DNA of 64,000 bases, taken from contig CAYOEM010000002.1 in the NCBI GenBank assembly GCA_964402975.1, forward strand, positions 156,729 to 220,728, given 5' to 3'. The stretch is from an uncultured Polynucleobacter sp. (GTDB lineage Bacteria; Bdellovibrionota_B; Oligoflexia; Oligoflexales; RGVZ01). The position numbers and the translations under genes were made by a program. The notes beneath the pieces were generated by a model. That model saw nothing but the letters and a program-made list of their open reading frames with translations, was not told the DNA's origin and searched no databases. Shown here in pieces: positions 50,466 to 59,228 of this stretch (positions within the stretch are counted from its first letter, which is position 1; every line of letters begins with the position of its first letter).

Positions 50466-53400
50466 TCAGACTGGCTTCTGCAGCTCAGGCAGATTCTCGT
50501 CTTTTCTAGGTTCAGTGATCCAGCCGACAAAACGGTCTAAGTGCCCTTTGCCTCGTCTAATCCAACGCTCACTGATCACGGCAAACTCTCCGGACTCGAC
50601 TAACAGATACAGAGCGGGCAACACCACAAGGGTTAACAAAGTACTCGTCAATAGCCCCCCAACCACGACCGTGGCTAAAGGACGCTGTACCTCAGCACCT
50701 GCACCCGTAGCAAGGGCCATTGGCAAAAATCCGAGGGACGCTACTAAAGCCGTCATGAGAACAGGGCGCAGCCTCAAAAGACACCCCTGACGAATCGCCT
50801 CCTTGAGCTCAAAGCCCTTTTGGCGCAAATCGTTAATAAACGTAATCATTACAAGGCCATTAAGCACAGCAACTCCGCTGAGGGCAATAAACCCAACAGC
50901 TGCAGAGATACTAAAGGGCATGTGCCTCCAAGCTAGGGATATAATTCCACCACTAAGACCGAGTGGTACCCCCGAAAACACCAGGAATGCATAGTTCATG
51001 GACCCAAAAGCGCTGTACAGCAGCATTAAAATCGCCACAAAGCACAGCGGAACGACGATCATGAGGCGCTGCCTTGCAGCAACCATGTTTTCAAACTGAC
51101 CGCCCCAGGTGATCCACTGCCCGGCTGGAATCTTGACTGAGGATTTAATGGCATCTTGGGCTTCGTTCACAAATGAACCGATGTCCCGACCGCGCACGTT
51201 GGCTTGCACAACGATGCGACGCTTACCATTTTCGCGACTGATTTGATTGGGTCCTTCTACCTTCGCGACAGACGTCAGCTGGCTCAGAGGAACAAAAGCT
51301 GGGCGATCCGTTTCAATGCGGTTATGGTTGTGACCTTTGAGAGCTGCCATCGACATATTTGGCAGCGGTACAGGGAGACTTCTAATAGCAAGTTCATCTC
51401 GTCTCACATTCTCAGGAAGCCTCACGACCAGGTCAAACCGTCTATCACCTTCAAAAACATTACCCGCGGCTCGACCACCTACAGACGCTGCTACGACGTT
51501 TTGAACGGACGCGACGTCAAGATTAAGCCGACCGATTTCTTCACGACGCATTTCAATGCCAAGCACAGGTAGACCACTCGTTTGCTCAACTTTCACATCG
51601 GCGGCACCGCTAATTTGAGACAAAACCGTTGCCACGCGATTTGCAGTAAGCCTCATAGCATCAAAATCATCTCCAAAAACCTTGACCGCAACATCGCTGC
51701 GCACACCAGCGATCAATTCGTTAAATCGCATCTGAATTGGTTGTGTAAATTCAAGCGCCACACCAGGAATCTCAGAAACTGACTTATTGATTTCCGCAAT
51801 GAGGATTTCTTTATCCTTACCTGAATCCGGCCATTTTGATCGATCTTTCAGGATGATAAAAGTATCCGAAAGATTAGGCGGCATGGGATCACTACCAACG
51901 TCGGCTGTCCCGGTTTTGCTAAATACCCGGTCTACTTCCTTAAATTTCATGACCGCGTCTTCAACACGAAGTTGCGACGTCGTACTTTGCTCAATTCCGG
52001 TGCTTGGAATCCGAATGGCGTGCATGGCTATGTCTTTTTCGTCAAGTGTCGGTATAAATTCACTACCAAGCATTAGAAAAATAGCCATCGAAACGGCGAA
52101 AAGTGTGAGGGCCCACCTAACGTATTTTTTTGGCTCACTCAAAGAACGATCAAGAATCGGCGCGTAAAACTTTTGGGCTGAGTGAAAGAGTTTACTTTCC
52201 TTCTCGACCACATTGCGCCCAATAGCTAGGGCAATGACAGCAGGAATATAAGTTAAAGAGAGCAAAAAGGCCGCGCAGAGGGCGAAAATAACTGTTAAAG
52301 CCATTGGCTGAAACATTTTGCCTTCGATACCCGTCAAGGCGAGCAGTGGAATATAAACAGTGATGATTATCGCCTCACCAAAAACACTCGCCTGACGCAC
52401 CTCTTTAGTTGCAAGGGCCACCTCTTCAAGCCTCTCATCAAAGGTTAAAATTCGACCGAGCTCGTGTTGTTTTTCAGAAAGGCGTCGTAAGCAGTTTTCA
52501 ACAATAATGACGGCTCCATCGACGATCAGACCAAAGTCGATAGCCCCAAGACTCATCAGGTTGCCCGAAATCTTACCTTGCACCATCCCGATGGACGTCA
52601 TCAGCATAGACAATGGGATAGCGGTTGCCGTAATCAGGGCTGCCCGGATATTTCCAAGCAGTAAAAACAACACAACAATCACCAAAATTGCACCTTCGGC
52701 GAGGTTCTTTGCCACCGTCTGAATCGTAGCGTCCACAAGCTTCATGCGGTTAAGGACAGGCTTCACACGTACATCAGGTGGAAGCGAATCAGACATATCT
52801 TTTAATTTTTGATCCACGGCTTGAGCAACGGTTCGACTGTTTTCACCCATCAGCATGAGGGCAGTACCTACCACTGCTTCTCGTCCATTAGTTGATGCAC
52901 TGCCGGTTCTTGGCTCCTCGCCAAATCTCACGGTAGCTACATCTTTAATTCTGATAGGCGTACCGTGCCGGGAACCTATAACAATTCCACCGATCTCCTC
53001 GACCGTAAGAATCCGTCCGTCGGCTCGCACTAGCCTGGCCTCGCCGTAATGTTCAATAAACCCAGCACCGATACTTGAATTATTACGCTCCAAGGCATCG
53101 ATAATATCTTGAAAGCTGACACCGTAACCAATGAGTTTAGACGAGTCCGGCTCCACCAAATATTGCTTCACATACCCACCGATGGTATCGATGCCGGCAA
53201 CACCAGGAAGGCCCTTCAACTGCGGCTTAATGATCCAGTCCTGCACGGTACGCAGATAGGTAGCCCTCTCAACCTCGGTCTTAAGCGACTGCCCCTCAGG
53301 GGTGATGTAACTGCCGTCTGCCTGCCAGCCTTTTAGCCCACCTATAGACTTGGCACCCGCTCCACTGGGATGCGCAAATTCAACCGCCCACATGTAAACT

Positions 53401-53822
53401 TCACCAAGGCCAGTGCTTATAGGTCCAAGTTTAAGCTCAACGCCCGTGGGAATTTGCTTGGATGCTTCGCTGATTCGTTCATTGACTTGCTGACGAGCAA
53501 AGTAGACATCAACGTCATCGTGAAATACAGCCGTAATTTGTGCAAAACCATTTCGGGAAAATGACCTCGTGTTTGCCAAACCAGGGATACCAGCAAGGCT
53601 TGTCTCCAAAGGAAAAGTCACCTGCTTTTCCATCTCAAGCGGAGACAACGCAGCACCAGATGCATTAATAACAACTTGCTTGTTGGTAACATCAGGGACT
53701 GCATCTATGGGAAGCTTTGTTAACGATATGGCTCCAAACAAAGCAACAAAGACAGTTAGAGCAATAACCATGTAACGCTGCTTGATCGAAAATCTAAGAA
53801 TTTTTTCCAGCATTAAAAACAT
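50466..53822 (-). CDS. czcA: CusA/CzcA-family heavy-metal efflux RND transporter
   Basis: The N-terminus MLEKILRFSIKQRYMVIA...LPIDAVPDVTNKQVVIN...DVYFARQQVNERI closely parallels CzcA. The TM4 HME signature is AIDFGLIVDGAVIIVEN. It has 12-TM topology. At 1118 aa it has a ~45-aa charged C-terminal tail. Confidence 0.92.
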   Translation of the reverse strand: MFLMLEKILRFSIKQRYMVIALTVFVALFGAISLTKLPIDAVPDVTNKQVVINASGAALSPLEMEKQVTFPLETSLAGIPGLANTRSFSRNGFAQITAVFHDDVDVYFARQQVNERISEASKQIPTGVELKLGPISTGLGEVYMWAVEFAHPSGAGAKSIGGLKGWQADGSYITPEGQSLKTEVERATYLRTVQDWIIKPQLKGLPGVAGIDTIGGYVKQYLVEPDSSKLIGYGVSFQDIIDALERNNSSIGAGFIEHYGEARLVRADGRILTVEEIGGIVIGSRHGTPIRIKDVATVRFGEEPRTGSASTNGREAVVGTALMLMGENSRTVAQAVDQKLKDMSDSLPPDVRVKPVLNRMKLVDATIQTVAKNLAEGAILVIVVLFLLLGNIRAALITATAIPLSMLMTSIGMVQGKISGNLMSLGAIDFGLIVDGAVIIVENCLRRLSEKQHELGRILTFDERLEEVALATKEVRQASVFGEAIIITVYIPLLALTGIEGKMFQPMALTVIFALCAAFLLSLTYIPAVIALAIGRNVVEKESKLFHSAQKFYAPILDRSLSEPKKYVRWALTLFAVSMAIFLMLGSEFIPTLDEKDIAMHAIRIPSTGIEQSTTSQLRVEDAVMKFKEVDRVFSKTGTADVGSDPMPPNLSDTFIILKDRSKWPDSGKDKEILIAEINKSVSEIPGVALEFTQPIQMRFNELIAGVRSDVAVKVFGDDFDAMRLTANRVATVLSQISGAADVKVEQTSGLPVLGIEMRREEIGRLNLDVASVQNVVAASVGGRAAGNVFEGDRRFDLVVRLPENVRRDELAIRSLPVPLPNMSMAALKGHNHNRIETDRPAFVPLSQLTSVAKVEGPNQISRENGKRRIVVQANVRGRDIGSFVNEAQDAIKSSVKIPAGQWITWGGQFENMVAARQRLMIVVPLCFVAILMLLYSAFGSMNYAFLVFSGVPLGLSGGIISLAWRHMPFSISAAVGFIALSGVAVLNGLVMITFINDLRQKGFELKEAIRQGCLLRLRPVLMTALVASLGFLPMALATGAGAEVQRPLATVVVGGLLTSTLLTLVVLPALYLLVESGEFAVISERWIRRGKGHLDRFVGWITEPRKDENLPELQKPV

Positions 53823-54859
53823 CAGTGTTCGTGCTCCGCTGAGCCCTTAGTTAATTCTGATTTCAAAAGAAAACTTCCCGAAGTCGCAATTCGCATGCCT
53901 GGAGTTAATCCTTCCAGCACTTCAATTTTTTTGTCATCCCTGCGCCCGACCCGTACCGGAGTCGCTACTACGGAGTCGTCTTTTTTAACAAACACTGTCG
54001 GTACGCCAGAAATATCCTGCACTGACTCAGCATCCACCGTCACTGGAACTTCACTTTCATCAATGACAATCGCACCAGTCACAAATGTACCAGGACGCCA
54101 TGCCATCTCGGGATTTGGCAAGATCACCCGAGCCATTGCGGTACGTGTATGATCACTGATAGTCGGCGCAACATAAGACAAAACTCCTTCCGCCTGTCTA
54201 CCTGCCGTTTGATCCATGATGCGCACTCTTTGACCTGCCTTGGTTTTGGGCAAGTCTGCCGGATAAATATATAAATCGACCCAAACCTGCGAGAGATCAG
54301 CCACGACAAACGCCTCATCTGTATTTCCAATCACCTCACCTAAGGCGACGTTTTTTTCGATAATGACGCCATCAAGCTGGGAACGCATCTCAAACGGAGC
54401 AAGATTGGCGTTGTTTTCAAATATCGCGAGTGTCTCGCCCTTTTTTACGACATCTCCAAGATTTTTCAAAACCTGCCGAACAACACCAGAAAACCTCGGA
54501 ACCATGTGAGCTAGTTTGTCGCCATCAAGCTTGATTTCCCCAGGAACTTTAAGCTCCACAGCTAACTTACCGATAGCAGCGTCGGCGAAGTTCACGCCGT
54601 GAGCGGTCAGTTCCTCTTCGCTTCTATGTATCACCTCTGCTTCATGTTGATCGTGCTCTAACTGTGCAAGTTTCCACTGCCGCCAACCAATGTATGAACC
54701 ACCTCCAACAACACCAAGCAATAACACTCCGTATACAATCCGACCGATCCTAGGATAGCGGTGTAAGAAACTCGTGGATGCATGAAACATTCGAAGGCAG
54801 CCGTTTAGAGACGCAACGAACAATCTACTTAACCGTCCTAAGATTTTCTTCATCATCAT
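53822..54859 (-). CDS. Efflux RND periplasmic adaptor (membrane fusion protein)
   Basis: It has an N-terminal TM anchor, lipoyl/beta-barrel motifs (VKKGETLAIFEN, GQRVRIMD) and a C-terminal VFVKKDDSVVATPVRVGRRDDKKIEVLEGL. Its stop overlaps the RND start (TGATG). Confidence 0.8.
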   Translation of the reverse strand: MMMKKILGRLSRLFVASLNGCLRMFHASTSFLHRYPRIGRIVYGVLLLGVVGGGSYIGWRQWKLAQLEHDQHEAEVIHRSEEELTAHGVNFADAAIGKLAVELKVPGEIKLDGDKLAHMVPRFSGVVRQVLKNLGDVVKKGETLAIFENNANLAPFEMRSQLDGVIIEKNVALGEVIGNTDEAFVVADLSQVWVDLYIYPADLPKTKAGQRVRIMDQTAGRQAEGVLSYVAPTISDHTRTAMARVILPNPEMAWRPGTFVTGAIVIDESEVPVTVDAESVQDISGVPTVFVKKDDSVVATPVRVGRRDDKKIEVLEGLTPGMRIATSGSFLLKSELTKGSAEHEH

Positions 54860-56151
54860 GACCCTCCTCCGGAAATCTCTTTAACTAGAAGCCTACGGCC
54901 GATTGTGTTCTCCAACCCAAACCTCTCGTCGTGCCAAGTCAGCAGAGAGTCAACATAACGGCGTCTGGATTCAATCGCCATGTCGATCGCAGCGGCGTAA
55001 TCAAGCCCTGTTTTCACGCCAGCCCGATACTCGCGAGAGGTGGCTTCTTTGTATTTTGCTGTTTTTTTAACGTTATCAGACTCTGCGCGCAGTCTTTTCT
55101 CCATGAGCATCAATTTTCTAACATGTTGCTCGACCTTATTAAGTAATTCCGCTGAAGCCTCGCGAAGCTTTTCGTCGGATTGGCTTTTTCTCGCTATCGC
55201 ACTCCGCCGCTCGTTAATGGTCGACAAACCAGAGAACACATCCAATTTAGCGGTCAAGACCAGATACGTTGCGGGAGTGTTTTTACTTGCTACTGCCGCT
55301 GTTCTCTCCCCCAATGGCAACCAACCGTTTCGAGCTTCAAAATCAACCTTAGGCAGGGACCCAGACAACCATTTCGCCGTCTCCACATCTGACTTAGCTA
55401 CATTGATGGCAGCTTCTTTTAGCGCAAATGCTTTTTCGTGGGCTTTACTTATAATTTGCTCGCCTGGCTCACCAAGCTCATATCGAGGAATCTGGCCAGA
55501 AAATGTAACCGCTTGACCGATGTCGTGACCTAAAAGACGATTAAACGCAGCCTTCTCGATATCTAGAGCCATTTTGGCATCAGCAAGTTCAGAATCGATT
55601 CTTGACTGTCTCACCTCAAAAGCAACGTAGTCACCTTCAGATGCCATACCAGCGCCGCGGCGCAGTCGAACATCCTTCAAGGCTGCACCATTAAGCTCTG
55701 CGGCTTCGCCCCACTCTTTTAATGACTTTTGGGCACCAAGAATCTTGAAAAATCCCGCTTCGACTTCTAGCGCTGTCGAAAATTTAGCGGCTTGCAGTTC
55801 AAGCTCTGCTTTAGACGCTTCAAGGCTGGCTAACTGAACGGCACGCCTGTCAGCAAACCCGTTGAAGAGATTCCAAGATGCATAGCCGTAGGCAAGTCTC
55901 TCAGACTGCTCTCCATAAGCGGGCATCTTCTCAAACCCACTAGCAAAACCAATACGCGGAAGAAATTCAGACCTTGCGACACCTCGATCCGCCTCGGTCT
56001 CTTGAACTTTCGCTTGAAGGGACCTAATACGCGGTGATCGATCAAGAGCAATTTCAACAGCTTTTTCGAGCGAAAAAGGTGCCTCAGCCCCTTTTAGGCA
56101 AACGGGAATGAGCCACCCAATTAAAAAAATGATTTTAGGGGATCGTCCCAT
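54856..56151 (-). CDS. TolC-family outer-membrane efflux protein
   Basis: After a signal peptide comes FSLEKAVEIALDRSPRIRSLQAKVQETEADRGVARSEFLPRI, the typical OEP N-terminal repeat, with a second OEP repeat downstream. It overlaps the adaptor gene by 4 nt. Confidence 0.8.
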   Translation of the reverse strand: MGRSPKIIFLIGWLIPVCLKGAEAPFSLEKAVEIALDRSPRIRSLQAKVQETEADRGVARSEFLPRIGFASGFEKMPAYGEQSERLAYGYASWNLFNGFADRRAVQLASLEASKAELELQAAKFSTALEVEAGFFKILGAQKSLKEWGEAAELNGAALKDVRLRRGAGMASEGDYVAFEVRQSRIDSELADAKMALDIEKAAFNRLLGHDIGQAVTFSGQIPRYELGEPGEQIISKAHEKAFALKEAAINVAKSDVETAKWLSGSLPKVDFEARNGWLPLGERTAAVASKNTPATYLVLTAKLDVFSGLSTINERRSAIARKSQSDEKLREASAELLNKVEQHVRKLMLMEKRLRAESDNVKKTAKYKEATSREYRAGVKTGLDYAAAIDMAIESRRRYVDSLLTWHDERFGLENTIGRRLLVKEISGGGS

Positions 56152-56177
56152 GATCTATTCGCCGCCTTTATCTAAAT

Positions 56178-56960
56178 TTAGAGAAAAACATCCGCAGCCA
56201 GCGTAACGCCGTTCCCCTTCCATTCAGCCTTCTTAGAAGCACCTGAGACATTGAAGACCCCAGCGCTTATTCCACCAAGAAAACTACTTTGCCCCGATAG
56301 AGAATAACGAAGGCCCCCGGAAAACTTTGTAACCGGCGACCAGCCACTTTGTGAAATGCCGTCTAAGTTGCCGGCCACCTGGGTTAACATCATGCCACTA
56401 CCTAAAGAAATCCATGGGGAAACGCCAAATGAGGACTCGCCGTTGCCGGAAGTCCCAAGACGAGCGGTCGCAATAACAGGTAAAACATGAGCTGAAATGT
56501 TATCTCTAAAATCCTGCTTCAATGATCTTTGATAGACCGCCTGAGCACCATCGTAGCCAAGATAAGAAAAATCTAAGCCTGCGCGCGCTCGAATCATCCC
56601 GAACCAAACGGCCCCAGTCGGATGCCCAACCCAAACGGCCGGAGCAATTGCCGAAGATGCGCCACCACTAAGCGGGATCTCGAAATAGTCATTATGAGCT
56701 TTAAAGGTTTTAAATTGATGGAGATCAAACGAAGGTTCAATCGCTAGGATTTGGACCCCAACTTTTTCGATTCGTTCTGATTCAGTTGACGCGCCGTCTT
56801 GATAGGATTTAATGAGATTTGGATCGATACGCATTTCCGGCACTGGTGGCTCTGCCGGCTCTTCTTTCACATTTTGCTTTTTACGGGCAAACGCCTCACC
56901 GGGAAAAGACATCAAAGCAGTAAAAATAGTCAAACCGCTGATTATATTTAATAGTTTCAT
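56178..56960 (-). CDS. Hypothetical secreted protein, possibly outer-membrane beta-barrel
   Basis: MKLLNIISGLTIFTALMSFPGEAFA is a signal peptide. The mature part is Gly/Ser/aromatic-rich with alternating strands. The C-terminus ...VTLAADVFL is hydrophobic but not Phe/Trp-terminal. Confidence 0.45.
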   Translation of the reverse strand: MKLLNIISGLTIFTALMSFPGEAFARKKQNVKEEPAEPPVPEMRIDPNLIKSYQDGASTESERIEKVGVQILAIEPSFDLHQFKTFKAHNDYFEIPLSGGASSAIAPAVWVGHPTGAVWFGMIRARAGLDFSYLGYDGAQAVYQRSLKQDFRDNISAHVLPVIATARLGTSGNGESSFGVSPWISLGSGMMLTQVAGNLDGISQSGWSPVTKFSGGLRYSLSGQSSFLGGISAGVFNVSGASKKAEWKGNGVTLAADVFL

Positions 56961-58255
56961 GGAGCTCCCCCTTGGCAGCGGCCTGCGCGGATATCTGCAC
57001 CATTTGTTCCACTGGCCGTAAGTCGACCATCAAAACCATTGGACTTCAATGCACCAGTAATCGTCATTGGCTCCGTGTTGGGTAGTGTCCTACAAACGCC
57101 CTGAAATCGACCGCTGATATAGTCGAGGTCAACTTGATCGAGAACACAAGTAAAGCGCTCACTAGAATTATAATCTCCAAGATAAAAAACCATCGATGCC
57201 TGCGTTCTGACATCGCCGTCACGACCCACATCGGGTGTAACAGTCATAGTTAGAGCCGCATGCTCCGGCAAGTTAGCCTCGCCGAAATTAACAAGGCAAA
57301 CCTCGTGAGCCCCCGTCCTCGGCGCAGCAAGAGGTAACTGGGATCTAAACGTCCGATCCTTGCCAGCAACAACAGTGCCCATGTGACCAAAAACAGCGGA
57401 CGTCCATTCCCCCGACAAACTCCCCTGATTGAAAGTGAATGTAAAACTCTCGTTCACACCCTCTTTGCGGAGGGTCATTTTCTTGGAAAGCGGATGAAAT
57501 TCCGGATTATCGAACTTCCAAACGGCAAACTCCATTCCGTCGGAGCCCCTGGCTAAACGCACGTCAACCGTAAATTTGACACCTTGGCCCGGAACGTTAT
57601 TGGCTCTAACGAGTAGAGAAGCCGTAAAGTGCACCCCTCTGGCATCATCATCAGCATACCCAACATAACTGCCGGCCAACTGATCTTGCGAGCCTTCCGA
57701 GGGCGAATTACCGCCTCCACTATCCGGTCGCCGTCCATCGCCAGAACCTTTTTTTGACAGTGTCATTGTCCCCGTCATGCTCAGGGCAGTTGCTTGCCAG
57801 CCCCCACTGAAACCTTGCGGCTCAGTGCTCAAAGACAGCTGCATATCACCAAGCCGATCGTCTTTAACCACTAACTCTAGAACTGAACGCTTTGGATCAA
57901 ATTCCCCGCTAGTAATATTCCAGTTATCGTAAGCGTCACTACCTGAGTAGATTCGAAGAAACCCAGATAACTGAGGCATCATGACAGGATCAATACCACC
58001 ATTGTCATTAAAAGGTGCTTCAACGACATCAAGATGCAGCGACACTTGTTTTGAATTCAAGGAAAGACTGTCCATTGTGCCCGTGTAGTCACCCTTAATT
58101 GCCGCTAGCTCTCGTTTTTTTGTTTCAGCATTTAGACGAATCTGCTCACGCCTCACCTCGCGATCCGATAGACGGGATCTGCCGCAAGATACGTCAACAA
58201 ACATCACGACCAGCCAAAAAAAGATACCATACTTAAAAACGCTAATTGTCTTCAT
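56957..58255 (-). CDS. Hypothetical lipoprotein/secreted protein, 'GDYNS-motif' family
   Basis: The hydrophobic N-terminus ends in VDVSCGRS, a non-canonical lipobox. The C-terminal copy is QASMVFYLGDYNSSERFTCVLDQVDLDY. A degenerate N-terminal copy is LRIYSGSDAYDNWNITSGEFDP. Confidence 0.6.
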   Translation of the reverse strand: MKTISVFKYGIFFWLVVMFVDVSCGRSRLSDREVRREQIRLNAETKKRELAAIKGDYTGTMDSLSLNSKQVSLHLDVVEAPFNDNGGIDPVMMPQLSGFLRIYSGSDAYDNWNITSGEFDPKRSVLELVVKDDRLGDMQLSLSTEPQGFSGGWQATALSMTGTMTLSKKGSGDGRRPDSGGGNSPSEGSQDQLAGSYVGYADDDARGVHFTASLLVRANNVPGQGVKFTVDVRLARGSDGMEFAVWKFDNPEFHPLSKKMTLRKEGVNESFTFTFNQGSLSGEWTSAVFGHMGTVVAGKDRTFRSQLPLAAPRTGAHEVCLVNFGEANLPEHAALTMTVTPDVGRDGDVRTQASMVFYLGDYNSSERFTCVLDQVDLDYISGRFQGVCRTLPNTEPMTITGALKSNGFDGRLTASGTNGADIRAGRCQGGAP

Positions 58256-59091
58256 TACGGCGCCCTTGCCGACACAGTGCCAACCAGACCATGAGAGTCC
58301 GTCAGAACGTTGCCCGAGAACACGCCGTCTTGGGACATTGTGCCCTTAAAAGTAATGCCGTAATTATCTGTCTTAGCGGTCAAATAGCGGCTATAGAAAT
58401 TAAATTGAACGTCTGAAAATTTTAATTCCTCGTATTCATTACTGTCATAATCTCCCAGGTAAAATCTCACTTTGCCTGAAATTTTTGTTGTAGGAGGAGT
58501 GGTCGACGTATCTTGAGTCGTAACAAAGGACATGGAAATTCTCTCGGGCAAGTTTACTTCCCGATTGGTAATTGTAATGTTACCCCGGTAGTACCCGGTC
58601 AATGAGCGAACTAGTTGTCCATTGCTCGGGGGCTCTGGCTGGGTGTTTTTGGATGCCTCAAAGCCTCCAAATCTGGCACTAGCCGAGGCGTACCACTTAC
58701 CATCAAAGCTTCCATCACTAAGGAGGTTACCAATAAGTGAGATGTCGTTTCTGTCGTTCTTAATGGTGACTTGGCGGGTAATCAAATTGAACGGACAATC
58801 ATCAAACTCGTAGGTCAAGTATTCGTTAGAATTGAAGTCACCCAAGTAGACTTTCACGTTCGCTGAGATCTTAAGATGACCATCACCGCTGCTGACCGCC
58901 CGAAGATTAATTTCAGCAAACTGATAGTAATTTGAACCATCGTGTTTCAAGACGGCGCGGTAGAGACCAGCAACACTATCATTCTCGGCAAACTGGGACG
59001 CACCATTAGAATCTGCAACGGCCAAGGCTTGCGTGCCTAGTGAATACACAGACAAAACAAAAGTCGCAGCGATTACAGCAATAAAGCGCAT
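58255..59091 (-). CDS. Hypothetical secreted protein with two 'GDYNS-motif' domains
   Basis: I place the start at ATG 59091 (MRFIAVIAATFVLSVYSLGTQALA, a signal peptide); the track ORF extends to 59157. The two copies are KISANVKVYLGDFNSNEYLTYEFDDCPFNL and KISGKVRFYLGDYDSNEYEELKFSDVQFNF. Confidence 0.65.
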   Translation of the reverse strand: MRFIAVIAATFVLSVYSLGTQALAVADSNGASQFAENDSVAGLYRAVLKHDGSNYYQFAEINLRAVSSGDGHLKISANVKVYLGDFNSNEYLTYEFDDCPFNLITRQVTIKNDRNDISLIGNLLSDGSFDGKWYASASARFGGFEASKNTQPEPPSNGQLVRSLTGYYRGNITITNREVNLPERISMSFVTTQDTSTTPPTTKISGKVRFYLGDYDSNEYEELKFSDVQFNFYSRYLTAKTDNYGITFKGTMSQDGVFSGNVLTDSHGLVGTVSARAP

Positions 59092-59228
59092 GAAATCCCC
59101 CCAGGTGGTTATAGCTATCCGAGTATGATTTCTAGTCGCCGCGGATGCTGGGGTCAACCTATTTTAAAGGGATTCTATTGAGAACATGTCTCAATAAAAC
59201 TTCCCCAATATTTTCATGAATTTAAAAG

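Noticed and set aside
50338-53775. Plus-strand ORFs antisense to the RND transporter gene (e.g. 50338..50790 of 150 aa, 51204..51572, 51787..52167).
   Set aside because: They are antisense to a 1118-aa gene with unambiguous CzcA-family motifs. They have no independent support.
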